IMG/VR virus record: IMGVR_UViG_3300034071_002576 | Coordinates: 1 to 64,000 of that record | DNA length: 64,000 nucleotides | Strand: one strand, 5' to 3' | From: a virus | Shown: positions 1 through 10,172 of the stretch, in pieces | How positions within the stretch are numbered: the first letter of the stretch is position 1 | Layout: every line of letters starts with the position of its first letter | Made by a program: the position numbers and the translations under genes | Notes under the pieces: model-generated | What the model was told of the DNA's origin: nothing | The model's input: only the letters and a program-made list of their open reading frames with translations | Databases searched by the model: none

Positions 1-1347
1 ATGCCTCGGGTGCGCCTGCCCGGCGAGGCTCCCGGCCAAATGAGCGTTTTCTCAGCTCCCGAACCTCAATTTAAATACAACATACACACTGCTCCTGAAC
101 CTGAGTTTGGTCCGGGTGCGCGTCCTCTTTCTCTGCGGGAAGCCGACGCCGATACTGCAAACCTGCTTCGGACTCTTGAGCCAGGGACAGCTACGACTCT
201 CGCCCGTCTGGCCGACGATATCGCTTCTGAGTACGGGGTACCAGCCGGGGAAGCTCTTAAAAATATCACCGGTCCGAAGGGCACTGACTACCTCGCCTAT
301 TTGAATACGGCTCGTAAAGGCGAAGGCGGTCAGATGGTTCCCCCCGGCGGCGGCCAAACTATTCCCCCCGGCGGTGGCCAACCCATGCCCGGCAACCGCG
401 GAGGAGAGCTAATTCAATCGCCTGGCGGCGGAGCAGGTCGTCCCGGCCCCCGCGTGGCCGACGACGTCATCGACGTTGACTACCGCCTTATTCGTGAACT
501 GCCTGCTGGACGTCGCGGCGGAGCTCTCGGTCAAGTAAACGTTGATTTAGGTAAAGCGGTACGTGAGTCCGGTCTTACACCCACGCAAATTAAGGCTCTG
601 TTAGCCGGCGGCGGCGCCCTAGGTGTGGGGACACTCCTGGGTGTGATGGGACGCGGCGAGGATACTGAGTCTGTCGCTCCTTTGACAAATGAGCAGGCAT
701 ACCCTCCCCAAGGAGCCGTAACTCCCCCGCCTCGCATGCCGGGCGGAATGCCGCCTTCTATAACCGGACAAGCCGGTAGCGGGCAAGTTTACATCGCCCA
801 AGACGACGGCGATAGTAATTACCGGCAAGCACGTTCTAATGCTCTCCAAGCCGCTAGCCGCGGGGGAGGCGTAATGCCTGGCGCCCCTCGTGCGCCTATT
901 TCAGCCCCTAGTCCTGATCCGAACGCACCAATAGCTGACTATTACCGACAACGGCAGGAGTACGTATCACAGCCTGAGGTTCTCAGGCAAATCATCCGAG
1001 ATGCCTCCGCACTTCCCGGCGTGGCTCCCCAAACTCCCGTTTGGGCGGCTCAAAACCCCGCACTGGCTTATGAAATGCTTCAGCGAGCTAAGGCTCGCCC
1101 TGACTTGTCTCAACAGACACCCCAGCCTGTCACGGTGGAAATTGGTTCTCAACTAGGCGACAACCCAGTCAATAACGCTGCCGGTAACGCAGCCTACGGC
1201 GCCGCTGCCGCAGTAGATCGTTCGGCTGGCGCATCCGATTTAGAAGATGCGACACGTCCTTTAACTCGGCCTAAACTTAATTATGTTCCGCTTGGAGGAC
1301 GTTTTGTTCCTTCGACTGGTTCTATTCCCGCAATCCCCATCGGTTGA
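1..1347 (+). CDS. Pro/Gly/Ala-rich hypothetical protein, probably virion-associated (may be 5'-truncated by the window edge)
   Basis: 448-aa ORF, low complexity, heads a run of co-oriented structural-like genes. Confidence 0.6.
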   Translation: MPRVRLPGEAPGQMSVFSAPEPQFKYNIHTAPEPEFGPGARPLSLREADADTANLLRTLEPGTATTLARLADDIASEYGVPAGEALKNITGPKGTDYLAYLNTARKGEGGQMVPPGGGQTIPPGGGQPMPGNRGGELIQSPGGGAGRPGPRVADDVIDVDYRLIRELPAGRRGGALGQVNVDLGKAVRESGLTPTQIKALLAGGGALGVGTLLGVMGRGEDTESVAPLTNEQAYPPQGAVTPPPRMPGGMPPSITGQAGSGQVYIAQDDGDSNYRQARSNALQAASRGGGVMPGAPRAPISAPSPDPNAPIADYYRQRQEYVSQPEVLRQIIRDASALPGVAPQTPVWAAQNPALAYEMLQRAKARPDLSQQTPQPVTVEIGSQLGDNPVNNAAGNAAYGAAAAVDRSAGASDLEDATRPLTRPKLNYVPLGGRFVPSTGSIPAIPIG

Positions 1348-1363
1348 CTTAGGAGACAGTTAA

Positions 1364-1798
1364 ATGGCTGCTACTGACATTTTTACTAATCCTCCGAAAG
1401 TAGGGGGTTATGAGTTTCCTTCTTCGACAAGCTTTAACTACGATGTTTTTCGCCCTGATCTAGGTAATGTTCTCGACCTTAATTCCCTGGGTCTCGGCGG
1501 AGCTTCTGCGCCTAGCCCCGTACAGCCCGGTGCTGAACCCGGCTGGGGTAAACAATTAGAAGATTTCCTAGGCGGTGTAGGCAAATTCGGCGCTGGGTTA
1601 GGCGCAGGCATAGCGGCTGCCCGTGGCGACATGCCGATGGCAGGCCAACTTCTGTCTAATTATTTCCAAGACAAAACTGGAGATACAGACGAAAGTGGTG
1701 AATCTTCCCTGGAGAAAGCTCTCCGCGCTCTTAAGGAGAGTGGCCTTATTTCCTTTAAGCTGAATACGGATGACGAATCCGATAATCTCATGATTTGA
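1364..1798 (+). CDS. hypothetical protein with Gly-rich hydrophobic segment
   Basis: ORF preceded by AGGAG; GGVGKFGAGLGAGIAAA segment resembles ejected/pilot-type proteins. Confidence 0.6.
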   Translation: MAATDIFTNPPKVGGYEFPSSTSFNYDVFRPDLGNVLDLNSLGLGGASAPSPVQPGAEPGWGKQLEDFLGGVGKFGAGLGAGIAAARGDMPMAGQLLSNYFQDKTGDTDESGESSLEKALRALKESGLISFKLNTDDESDNLMI

Positions 1799-1838
1799 GA
1801 CGAAAAATAAATAACACACAACGTACTGAGCTTACCTA

Positions 1839-2393
1839 ATGGCATCGACTTCCACAAACAAGCAGCCCTGTCTTATCGACCGTCCTTTTTTACGGGGCGC
1901 TCGAATTACCAGTGCGACTACCACGTGTAACCCCACCAACCCCAATCTGACTGACCTTATTCAGTTAGTCCGCGTGGGCGACCTCCCTTCGGAGGATGCT
2001 GCTTTGGTTGAAGACATCACCATTGTCAGCAACGAAGGTTATCCCGATAACAGCGGTCGTCGTTCTGTTGACCTGGGGCTCTACGTTTACGCTCCCAACC
2101 AAGCAGCTCCCTCCACGTCGGCTGCCTTAATGGTTGGTCGTGTTGAAGTTGGGCTCAGCGGCTCAACCCGAGGTGTTCCCCAGAGCGTTCAGCTGTTCGC
2201 CTGCAACGCACCGACTCCTCAAGTTGGTGATACAAACCTTCTCGCGCCCATTCAAGTCGGTAAATCCGAGGGTTTGTATCTGGAGAAAGGATACATCCTC
2301 GCTGTAGGTTACATCGGTAATGGAAGCACCGCAGTATCCGGCGGTTTGAGTCCTTCTGGTATCACTATTTGGAGCCAAGGCGGCTTCTACTAA
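1839..2393 (+). CDS. putative virion structural protein
   Basis: 184-aa beta-rich ORF in the structural cluster. Confidence 0.55.
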   Translation: MASTSTNKQPCLIDRPFLRGARITSATTTCNPTNPNLTDLIQLVRVGDLPSEDAALVEDITIVSNEGYPDNSGRRSVDLGLYVYAPNQAAPSTSAALMVGRVEVGLSGSTRGVPQSVQLFACNAPTPQVGDTNLLAPIQVGKSEGLYLEKGYILAVGYIGNGSTAVSGGLSPSGITIWSQGGFY

Positions 2394-2396
2394 ATT

Positions 2397-3929
2397 GTGT
2401 CACGGAGACGCGGGTCAGATAATTTTAACTTGCGGCCGTTTAAGGCAACAAATCCTGCTGAATTACCGAAAACGGTAAAGGGATCCGATAACACAAAGGA
2501 GTTGAATTCTCCTTTACCGTTTAAACGGCGTTTCCGACCTGCGCTTAATACAAAAGATTTCAGCGTAACCAGCGAGTACGATTACGCTTCGCTTTGGGTG
2601 CGTTGGCGCCGTGGCTATGAGCTGAGTATGTATTCTCAGCAGGCTTACGGAGGTTTAACTTATTCTTTTAAGTATTTCGTATCGGGTACTCCTGGACTGG
2701 GTGTCTTTCTACCCGGCATGTGTTTTATGTATCCGACCACACGGACGGATATGCGTATGCACATGGTTGGGATTCGTCCTAGAGATTCGTTTAACTTTCT
2801 TAATTTCGGTTATTCGATCGTTTCTGTCACTGACTATGACGCGGACACCTACGCGGTGCGCTTGAGCTCTAATTTTGGCGCTCCTATTTCTTTCTTCACA
2901 GGCGAAGTTCTGTCTAATAGATTCAGAGCAGACGGTACAGACAAAGAATACGGATTTAATAATTACACAGTAACTGCTGTAGGTATCAACAACGTACCCG
3001 TAAACCCTTCTTACGCTCCTATTTTTAACACCCTGTTTTTATCTCACGGTGAGAACACAAGTTGGGCTGTAGTTGACGAAAATACACTGGCTATACCCGC
3101 TACAGGACCGCCGGCTGTTGGAGAGTACCTAACAACCGAGATGCGCTCACAATGCACTTGCTCTGATTTCTTAGCCAGGGAGAACTTTAATTTATATGAT
3201 GCGTCTATACGTCGCAAGTACCCGCGAACACGTCCACAAAACTTCGATCCCGGTTACTACGATGCCGGTGTCGACGGCTCGCCGCGGTTAGTAGACTCAT
3301 CAGATAATCCAGGTTTTGCTAGAACTTTTGGTTTTATTTACATTAATCAGATATACAATATTCCTAGTTTTTCTGAAGCTACGTATTCCGATCCCAACTT
3401 CTTCTACTACCAACCGAAATGGTGTAAGCATATTTATGCCGCTATGTGGGACATGCAGCGGGCCTACAACCAAGGCGTTGCAACAGGACCGTGGTTACCT
3501 CAGCCGACGGACGAACCTCTTAACGAGTATTACAGAGAGTATTTTGAAAAAGAATTAGCACGCCAAACAACATTTCTCAAACGAGAGAAAGATTTGGTCT
3601 GGTGGCAGCGTTACAGCCCCGCGAAAGATGATATGCCAACACACATGATGTATCCGGATATGTATAACATGATGACTAAGACATTAAATGCAGGAGACTT
3701 AGCTGCGCTGAATACGCTTCAGGGACGCAGTTTTGAGATGTTTACTATTGATGAGTTTAACCCCTTCGATCCTGCATCGTTTGTTGTTAGTACTTACGAC
3801 GGGGGAACGTACGAAAACGGTGTGTTAGTTAATCAACCCACTAATATTTTTGATGGCGGGCAGTACCTGAACGGGGTTATAGTTCCTCCAGCTGGTTTCC
3901 CGTCACTAATAAACGGCGGCGTATATTAA
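2397..3929 (+). CDS. protein with split SWIM-type zinc finger and C-terminal DGGxY repeats
   Basis: CTCSDF...WCKH motif; YDGGTY, FDGGQY, INGGVY at the C-terminus. Confidence 0.6.
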   Translation: MSRRRGSDNFNLRPFKATNPAELPKTVKGSDNTKELNSPLPFKRRFRPALNTKDFSVTSEYDYASLWVRWRRGYELSMYSQQAYGGLTYSFKYFVSGTPGLGVFLPGMCFMYPTTRTDMRMHMVGIRPRDSFNFLNFGYSIVSVTDYDADTYAVRLSSNFGAPISFFTGEVLSNRFRADGTDKEYGFNNYTVTAVGINNVPVNPSYAPIFNTLFLSHGENTSWAVVDENTLAIPATGPPAVGEYLTTEMRSQCTCSDFLARENFNLYDASIRRKYPRTRPQNFDPGYYDAGVDGSPRLVDSSDNPGFARTFGFIYINQIYNIPSFSEATYSDPNFFYYQPKWCKHIYAAMWDMQRAYNQGVATGPWLPQPTDEPLNEYYREYFEKELARQTTFLKREKDLVWWQRYSPAKDDMPTHMMYPDMYNMMTKTLNAGDLAALNTLQGRSFEMFTIDEFNPFDPASFVVSTYDGGTYENGVLVNQPTNIFDGGQYLNGVIVPPAGFPSLINGGVY

Positions 3930-4559
3930 ATGACCTCGACTCCCGTCATTCTTCTTCTTAAAAGATCCGGCCAGTCATCTGATCGACCTCAGACTAGTGT
4001 TGTTCAAAATGGCGAACTTGCCATCGCCGTGGGCGCAGCCGACCCAGGTCTCTACTTCGAGGATTCTGCCGGAAGTATTCGAAAAATCGGCCCTTCGCAT
4101 TACGGCACGACGGCACCAAACTCAGCTCCTGTCGGGTTAGCGGGTAACTCAGTTGGCGAGCTTTGGGCTGACAGCTCGTCGAGTAGCTATTACCTGAAAG
4201 TCTGGACTGGCGGCGTGTGGCAAAAAGTTGGAGCCGGATTCGCCGATTCTGCAACTACGGCGACTACGGCAACTACGGCAACATTTGCGACCCAAGCCTC
4301 TACGTCTACACTTTCGTCTGGTACTATTCTGGCTTCTGGTGCCATACTGGCTTCTGGTGCCGTTTTTTCTAACACAGCGACGCTAGCTTCCGGAGCCATA
4401 CTGGCTTCTGGTGCCATTCAGAGTTCCACTGTGGTTCTTAGCGGGTTACCGAGTCCGACCGCGAACCCATCTGGAACTCTTATCTACCAAGTTCAATCTT
4501 CCGGCGTGTTTGCCGCCGGACTTTACGTCCGCGCTAGGGACACGTGGCTTCTTGTTTAA
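3930..4559 (+). CDS. short tail fibre or fibre-anchor protein
   Basis: N-terminal LKRS..RP...GELA.....GLYF typical of cyanophage fibre N-termini; GELW, LKVWTG and ILASG repeats. Confidence 0.65.
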   Translation: MTSTPVILLLKRSGQSSDRPQTSVVQNGELAIAVGAADPGLYFEDSAGSIRKIGPSHYGTTAPNSAPVGLAGNSVGELWADSSSSSYYLKVWTGGVWQKVGAGFADSATTATTATTATFATQASTSTLSSGTILASGAILASGAVFSNTATLASGAILASGAIQSSTVVLSGLPSPTANPSGTLIYQVQSSGVFAAGLYVRARDTWLLV

Positions 4560-5095
4560 GGGCGAAGAGTGCTCTTAAGGAACCAAGAAGATTTGAACAT
4601 CGCTCCCACAAGTTCCGCCAGGTAGTTTTCGATGTCCGGAGCGTCGACTTCTTTTGCTACTTTTTGAAGATCTTTGGAGGCCATTCCGCACGCCTCTAAA
4701 TTTTTCAGATATACGGTAAGACCTTCGCGTGTTTCGTATGCTTTAACGTGTTTAAATCCTTTGTACGCGCCCAGTAAACCTCGCTCGCACATAGGCATCA
4801 AGAAGTCCATCGAGCGAATAAATTCGCCGATTTTGTCGAATTGATCGATGTGTGCGTTGTACTGCTTTTTCAGGAACTTGTGGATAGGCAAAAAGAGCGG
4901 ACCCTCGACATTCAGGTGAAGAAGGTGACTCTGAACGTAAAGTTGGTGTAAATAAGACGATAAAGACACCAGTCCAGAAATTAAATCCTGAACTGATGCC
5001 TTGTTCTCCTCGTTCCCCTCCTCCGATTCTTCGAACATCTGCTCGGTAGCTTCCTGCGGAGCAGGCATAGAGTTAAAAGAACCGGAGAACGTCAT
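4556..5095 (-). CDS. dps: Dps/ferritin-like DNA protection protein
   Basis: HLNVEGPLFLPIH...DKIGE matches the Dps ferroxidase signature; C-terminal WFL. Confidence 0.85.
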   Translation of the reverse strand: MTFSGSFNSMPAPQEATEQMFEESEEGNEENKASVQDLISGLVSLSSYLHQLYVQSHLLHLNVEGPLFLPIHKFLKKQYNAHIDQFDKIGEFIRSMDFLMPMCERGLLGAYKGFKHVKAYETREGLTVYLKNLEACGMASKDLQKVAKEVDAPDIENYLAELVGAMFKSSWFLKSTLRP

Positions 5096-5105
5096 TGTTT
5101 ATTTA

Positions 5106-5372
5106 TCAGAAAGAGCAAGCAGCCGCAGTTTCGGGCTCTGCAGTTTCCACTTTAGCTGCGGAGGAAGTCTTCAGGTATTCTTCAAGTGCGTTTTTGTTCA
5201 CGCGATAGAGAGATTTGGCGCCGTTAGGCTGCAGATTTACGAAGATTTGCTTGGGCCAGCCACCGGGCTGGTTGGACTCAGTCAGAGCGATACGCTTGCG
5301 AACGAAACCAGAGCTGCAGTTCAGGAATTCAGCAGTTTCTGCGATTGTCAGGAGATTCTTGTCGTCAGGCAT
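5106..5372 (-). CDS. excisionase-like helix-turn-helix DNA-binding protein
   Basis: LLTIAETAEFLNCSSGFVRKRI. Confidence 0.65.
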   Translation of the reverse strand: MPDDKNLLTIAETAEFLNCSSGFVRKRIALTESNQPGGWPKQIFVNLQPNGAKSLYRVNKNALEEYLKTSSAAKVETAEPETAAACSF

Positions 5373-5521
5373 GACGGTATAGAAGATGAGTTACAGAGGG
5401 AACTATAGAGCTTTTTCTGCTCTGCGTGGCGATGTGTGGAGGAGTTTAGGTACTCTTAAGGTTTCTGTTACGGTTGATGACGTGCTTGATTCTTTAGAAT
5501 ATCCTCAGGTTCCATGTATTA

Positions 5522-5770
5522 ATGGCTATCCGCATCGCTGGGGAAATTTTTAAAAACTATAACGTCCCCAAAAAAGACGTTCAGGGCGGTAAAGAATTCT
5601 CCGTGGCAGCGAAGGAAGGGAATACTGTGCGTTTAGTGCGATTTGGTGATCCGAATATGGAAAACCGTAGCGATAATCCAGATCGCCGGCAAGCTTTTCG
5701 GTCGCGTCACAGCTGCGACGAAAAGAAAAGCAAACTTACTCCTGGGTATTGGTCCTGTAAAGCATGGTAA
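5522..5770 (+). CDS. small basic conserved phage protein
   Basis: VRFGDPNM...RRQAFRSRHSC...GYWSCKAW pattern recalled from large phages. Confidence 0.65.
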   Translation: MAIRIAGEIFKNYNVPKKDVQGGKEFSVAAKEGNTVRLVRFGDPNMENRSDNPDRRQAFRSRHSCDEKKSKLTPGYWSCKAW

Positions 5771-5880
5771 GCACACTTAGTGTTATTTTTATCTCTAACG
5801 CATAACGAATCGTTTTATTTTCTAGAAGAGTGTGATAAGGAGACGCTAAGAGTTAGACTCTGAGTATCGGCAGCCGGCAC

Positions 5881-6135
5881 ATGGCCTCCAAGCGTGATTC
5901 GGAGCACACAGGGAACTTAGCCTGCGGTTTGACGCTGGAAGACGAGTTTGTACTTACACGCATTCGTACTAAAGCTCACACACTGCATAGTAAGGATCGC
6001 GATAATTATCTCTGGGATAAAGTGTTTAAATTGATCTGTCGAGAAAGAGCCTACAAAACCGTAATGGCTGAAGTCGGAATTGCTGTGGATACAAATATGC
6101 AGTTATTCGACGACGAAGAACTAAAACAAGATTGA
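5881..6135 (+). CDS. nblA: NblA-like phycobilisome degradation protein
   Basis: LTLEDEF...RERAYKTVM aligns by eye with NblA LxLEQxF...RENxYK; similar size, two predicted helices. Confidence 0.6.
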   Translation: MASKRDSEHTGNLACGLTLEDEFVLTRIRTKAHTLHSKDRDNYLWDKVFKLICRERAYKTVMAEVGIAVDTNMQLFDDEELKQD

Positions 6136-6174
6136 TCAGGATTTAAACTACGTTAATAAGCTTATTCTTCGCTG

Positions 6175-7506
6175 ATGTCTTACACGAGCGAACAACTGAA
6201 AGCCATTGCACGGCAAAAAGCTCGTGAATTTGGTGTAAATGAAAATATCTTCTTGCGTTTAATACAAAAGGAGTCAGGCTGGAATCCGCGAGCGCGGAGT
6301 TCTGTTGGCGCGGAAGGACTGGGTCAACTGATGCCTCCCACGGCTAAAGGGCTTGGTGTGTCCAATGCTTACGATCCTGTTCAGAACCTAACAGGAAGTG
6401 CACGTTACTTAGGTCAGCAGCTCAAGCGCTTCGGGTCTTACGAAAAAGCACTAGCGGCGTATAACGCAGGTCCCGGAAACGTGGAACGCTATGGAGGTAT
6501 TCCTCCTTTTAAAGAAACTCAAAATTATGTGAAAACAATCTTAGAGGGAGCGCAGCCGCCGGCTGCTCGGCTGTCCTCACCCTCTGCTCCGCGCCAAGCT
6601 GCTCCTGCTCCGCGCCAAGCCACCCCTGCTCCCGTCGGCGCAGCTTCCCGTATTCAGCTGCCGAAATTTGATTTGCCGGGCGCACTTAAAACTCTGTTGC
6701 TGCGATCCGCCGTTCAAGGAGTCAGTGGTGACGGCGGGACGGCGGAAGCCATGCAGTTGCGCGCTCGGGCTGACGCTTTAGCTGAGGCGGGTTACGAAGA
6801 TGAAGCGGATGTTCTTGAGTCGCAATCCATTAGCAAGCTGGTTCAATCGACTCAACAGGTCGGCCTCGATCCCGCGACACTGGCGAAAAATATTCTCGAA
6901 CTAAGGCAGCAGCAACTTGCGTACAACGCAGAAGCTTCGCGAATCGAGAAAAGCCTTAACGACGTCGCCGTGGGACAGACGGCACAAGCTACTGGTGTTA
7001 ATACGCAAACAGGGGCTAAGCCTTCTCAAGGTTTCGCGCAAACTGGGAGAGGAATCGCGTATCCGAATGCTGTTGTCACCTCTGCCGTCGATGCCACGGG
7101 TGAACCTGGGTTGGATTTTGCGCTCGCGGGAGGTGCTAATGCAGTATTTGCGACGCCTTTCAATGCTCAGGTTCTGAAAGTCGTAAAAGACCCGAATCCT
7201 GCGAATCGCGGAGCTGGTGGCCGTGGTTATGGAAATTATGTGGAATTACGAGGTGTGACACCAGAAGGCAAATCCTTCGACACTCTGATTGCGCACTTTA
7301 ATAAACTCAATCCCAATCTAAAACCTGGCATGCGGTTAGCTGCCGGTACTCCTCTAGGACTTCAAGGCGAAACGGGTCGAGCGACGGGACCTCACATTTC
7401 GATGGACTTTTACGATCCAGGTGCTACAACAAGCAGTCCAGATATCCTGCGGATAAGAGATATTGTTGCTGATAGAATTAAAAAAGGCCAAGCACCTTTC
7501 GGATAA
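6175..7506 (+). CDS. lytic transglycosylase (SLT) fused to an M23-like peptidase, probably virion-associated
   Basis: [27 protein letters not shown]; C-terminal GYGNYV, AH and TGPH motifs. Confidence 0.9.
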   Translation: MSYTSEQLKAIARQKAREFGVNENIFLRLIQKESGWNPRARSSVGAEGLGQLMPPTAKGLGVSNAYDPVQNLTGSARYLGQQLKRFGSYEKALAAYNAGPGNVERYGGIPPFKETQNYVKTILEGAQPPAARLSSPSAPRQAAPAPRQATPAPVGAASRIQLPKFDLPGALKTLLLRSAVQGVSGDGGTAEAMQLRARADALAEAGYEDEADVLESQSISKLVQSTQQVGLDPATLAKNILELRQQQLAYNAEASRIEKSLNDVAVGQTAQATGVNTQTGAKPSQGFAQTGRGIAYPNAVVTSAVDATGEPGLDFALAGGANAVFATPFNAQVLKVVKDPNPANRGAGGRGYGNYVELRGVTPEGKSFDTLIAHFNKLNPNLKPGMRLAAGTPLGLQGETGRATGPHISMDFYDPGATTSSPDILRIRDIVADRIKKGQAPFG

Positions 7507-8039
7507 TGGGTTTATTCGGTCCTAGCGCTGCTGAACGCGCGCAGTCTTCCGTTAATACTGCCCTCGGTATTCAGAAAAAAACCATCAAGGCGCTTCGACG
7601 TCAGAATAAAAAACTTAGGCAGCGAAGCAATAGGCAGCAGGAGACTATTAGTAGTCTCGCCCCTATGGGTTCGCGTGAAGCTACTACACAGCTTTCGCAG
7701 GATTTTTACAAAGCACTGGGAAACATCGGTACGCAATACAGCCGGCAACTCTCTCAGTTTGATCCCAATCTCTTAGCTTCTCAGTCGTCTAAGCGATTTG
7801 CCGGGATGCTGTCTGCGAGTATGAACGATTATACGAATCGTCTAAATCAAGCAAGTCAAGCAGGCAGTGCTCGCTTATACGCAGCTTTATCCGCACCTAT
7901 TACACAGTTCCGTCAGATTTCCGAAGATCCGGCTTTCAATAATCTGCTGAATCAAACCTTCATGGCTTACGCCGCCAATCCCCCCACTGTGACGAGCGAC
8001 GTGGAGTCCATGAAGCCTCTGTACACATACAATGTCTGA
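7506..8039 (+). CDS. hypothetical coiled-coil protein, possibly internal virion
   Basis: TAATG coupling to the SLT gene. Confidence 0.6.
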   Translation: MGLFGPSAAERAQSSVNTALGIQKKTIKALRRQNKKLRQRSNRQQETISSLAPMGSREATTQLSQDFYKALGNIGTQYSRQLSQFDPNLLASQSSKRFAGMLSASMNDYTNRLNQASQAGSARLYAALSAPITQFRQISEDPAFNNLLNQTFMAYAANPPTVTSDVESMKPLYTYNV

Positions 8040-8337
8040 GGAAATTCGGCCTTCGGCTCATGAGCGAAAAGTAGGTTTCCACGGGGAAGCTCCTTTCGCT
8101 AAACATGACTATCGATACCGCAGTCGTGATGTTATTCGGATGGCCGGAAAGGTTTGGAGTGAGGGGCCTGCGGAAAGGCGTCGTCGTTTAGAACGGGAAA
8201 GGCTCTCCGGCAAATCTAAGTCTGTGCCAGTCGGTTTAGGTTTCGCGGATCGGGATTCCTACGGCCCTAATGACAGCTTCGAGGCAACCCGCTTTCTCAG
8301 TAATATACGCGCCCCAGAGGACTATAAAAGTCTATAA
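8032..8337 (+). CDS. hypothetical basic protein
   Basis: overlaps the upstream stop; 101 aa. Confidence 0.55.
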   Translation: MSEEIRPSAHERKVGFHGEAPFAKHDYRYRSRDVIRMAGKVWSEGPAERRRRLERERLSGKSKSVPVGLGFADRDSYGPNDSFEATRFLSNIRAPEDYKSL

Positions 8338-8875
8338 AGTCTTTAATTCTCTTATCAGGGTAGTCTGAGACTGGCATATATAAAATAAATCCGTAGCATC
8401 TTGTGTTGGAAATTTTAGGTAAATCCGGCGTATCTAGGTGAAGAGCCGGTTTTTCTCTAAGAACGCAGAGAGGTAAGTCCAGTCCGATTTTCTGCGTGGT
8501 TATTAAGGCTACCTCCGTAGAGGTTAGAAAAATGATCGCTTCTTCAAATGTGTTCCGTAGATACTGCCGGTAACATTCCTCCAGCCACACACGTTGAGCT
8601 GATTTAACAAACCTTTTTTTGCGGCGAAAAACGCTAGTGTCCGGAGGTTGTTCCTCGTAAGTCAGACGATCCCTCGGGGGGTATAGATAGATATTTTTGG
8701 CTTTCCATGTCTGCTTTAGACCGTTATCTTCGGCGGTGAAGTAACGATCAGCATTCACCAGAGTATTCGCTGACTTACTCGAAGCCGGATCAAGATCTAT
8801 ACGGCCGCCGAAAAAAGCCGAAGTTGTGCCTAAGATTTCCGGCGGAGAAACAAAATCAGTCTCGACTTGCGGCAT
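8297..8875 (-). CDS. phage N6-adenine DNA methyltransferase-like protein with variant motif IV
   Basis: IDLDPASS..AN..V.A..YFT..DNGL...W matches small phage Dam-type MTases, but NPPY reads YPPR. Confidence 0.7.
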   Translation of the reverse strand: MPQVETDFVSPPEILGTTSAFFGGRIDLDPASSKSANTLVNADRYFTAEDNGLKQTWKAKNIYLYPPRDRLTYEEQPPDTSVFRRKKRFVKSAQRVWLEECYRQYLRNTFEEAIIFLTSTEVALITTQKIGLDLPLCVLREKPALHLDTPDLPKISNTRCYGFILYMPVSDYPDKRIKDFIDFYSPLGRVYY

Positions 8876-9278
8876 CGGCTATTCCGTCTATTCGAGAGCT
8901 AGCTTCTTCCAAGTCAATCACGTGGGCACTGAGTCCCTGATTCGACGCCAGCAAAACCAAAGCTTTGTCTTCTTTAGCTCCTACTTTTTGAACCAGTTCA
9001 ATGGTCTTAGCTAGAAACGCAGCTGTTTCGCTGTCGCAAATCTCCTCCGCCAGAGCCATATCCGTTTTTAGGTCGGCTACGCTCATGTAGATGCTTTTAT
9101 CCGGTTTGCTCGGGTTAAAGCACAGCGCGCCGGCTCCCGAAGCTTTTTTAAATTCTTGATACAGGGTCACAATATCGCCTGCAATCATTTTTGCCGCATT
9201 TAAACCTATACGGTTTTTAACTTCGGATTTACCGAACAGATTTTTAGCGAGCGTGTCGAGTTCTTTAGAGTTAGTCAT
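8856..9278 (-). CDS. hypothetical protein
   Basis: probable start MTNSKE overlapping the upstream stop (shorter than the track ORF). Confidence 0.6.
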   Translation of the reverse strand: MTNSKELDTLAKNLFGKSEVKNRIGLNAAKMIAGDIVTLYQEFKKASGAGALCFNPSKPDKSIYMSVADLKTDMALAEEICDSETAAFLAKTIELVQKVGAKEDKALVLLASNQGLSAHVIDLEEASSRIDGIADAASRD

Positions 9279-9606
9279 TTTGATAGTTGGTGAAGTTCTG
9301 CCACGCGGATTCCAAGACTTTAGTCGCATCAAAGAGGAATGCGGAGGTATTGGTTTCCGTCGGATCAAGTTTGCAGTAATGAACGCCTTCAACCAGACCA
9401 GCAGTACCGCCGCTCGCAATGCCAGTATGAATAAGTTTATCGATAACCACAGGGGCGACGTTGAGCCTTGAAGCAACAGCTTTCTTACTAACAAACGCCG
9501 TGGTGACCTTGCTCGCTTTTGCATTTGAGATGATTTGAAGACTGGTGTCGATGTTGGTGAGAACTTCTATGAGCTTTTTAAAATCCTTTGTGATGTCAGA
9601 AGTCAT
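9271..9606 (-). CDS. putative HTH DNA-binding protein
   Basis: VSKKAVASRLNV HTH-like segment and LVEGVHY motif. Confidence 0.5.
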   Translation of the reverse strand: MTSDITKDFKKLIEVLTNIDTSLQIISNAKASKVTTAFVSKKAVASRLNVAPVVIDKLIHTGIASGGTAGLVEGVHYCKLDPTETNTSAFLFDATKVLESAWQNFTNYQND

Positions 9607-9746
9607 ATGGAATAGTAGGGAGGCCGCCCCATCACCGGGCGCCCGGCAATGCGGTTCGTTTACAAGTCGTAGGAAACGACAAAAACTACGACTACCTCCC
9701 AGGATACTGCGTAAGGGCCGTTCTTACCAGACGCAGCAAGCTGAGT

Positions 9747-10172
9747 CTAGGGAAGTCTCTCCCACTCTGCATTAGATACATCTTCTACAAACCTTAGTTT
9801 GTTGTTAAACCCGCTCTTGACTCTCTGTCGGATGTCCGATGCTTCGAAACGAGATCTGTGGTGATAAGGATTAACACATCCAATCGTGCCGCATGTTCTT
9901 TTTAGAGTGTTATTACCGATATCAGCTTTGAAAAAAGCGTAGTAAACGTTCTCAATCTTTAATCTTTTACCTTCTAACCTCAAGTGCGTAAAAGCTGATT
10001 TCCAGCATGTATAAAGATCCTGATTTTGTAAGGTTAGTTGTGCGAGGACGGCCCGTAATTCCGGTTTGACATCGTCTAGACACGGAAATACGGGCTCTGA
10101 ATCGATTTCTTTTAGGCAGTCTGAGCAAACGGTATCAGTTTTTTTGTGTGATTCTTTTTTGATACAGCTCAT
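9747..10172 (-). CDS. His-Me finger zinc-loop protein, probably inactive
   Basis: TCGTIGCVNPYH; the catalytic His position is Arg. Confidence 0.6.
   Translation of the reverse strand: MSCIKKESHKKTDTVCSDCLKEIDSEPVFPCLDDVKPELRAVLAQLTLQNQDLYTCWKSAFTHLRLEGKRLKIENVYYAFFKADIGNNTLKRTCGTIGCVNPYHHRSRFEASDIRQRVKSGFNNKLRFVEDVSNAEWERLP

Noticed and set aside
5106-5372. Evidence of a prophage or integration module
   Set aside because: An excisionase-like HTH alone; no integrase, att site or host genes in the window
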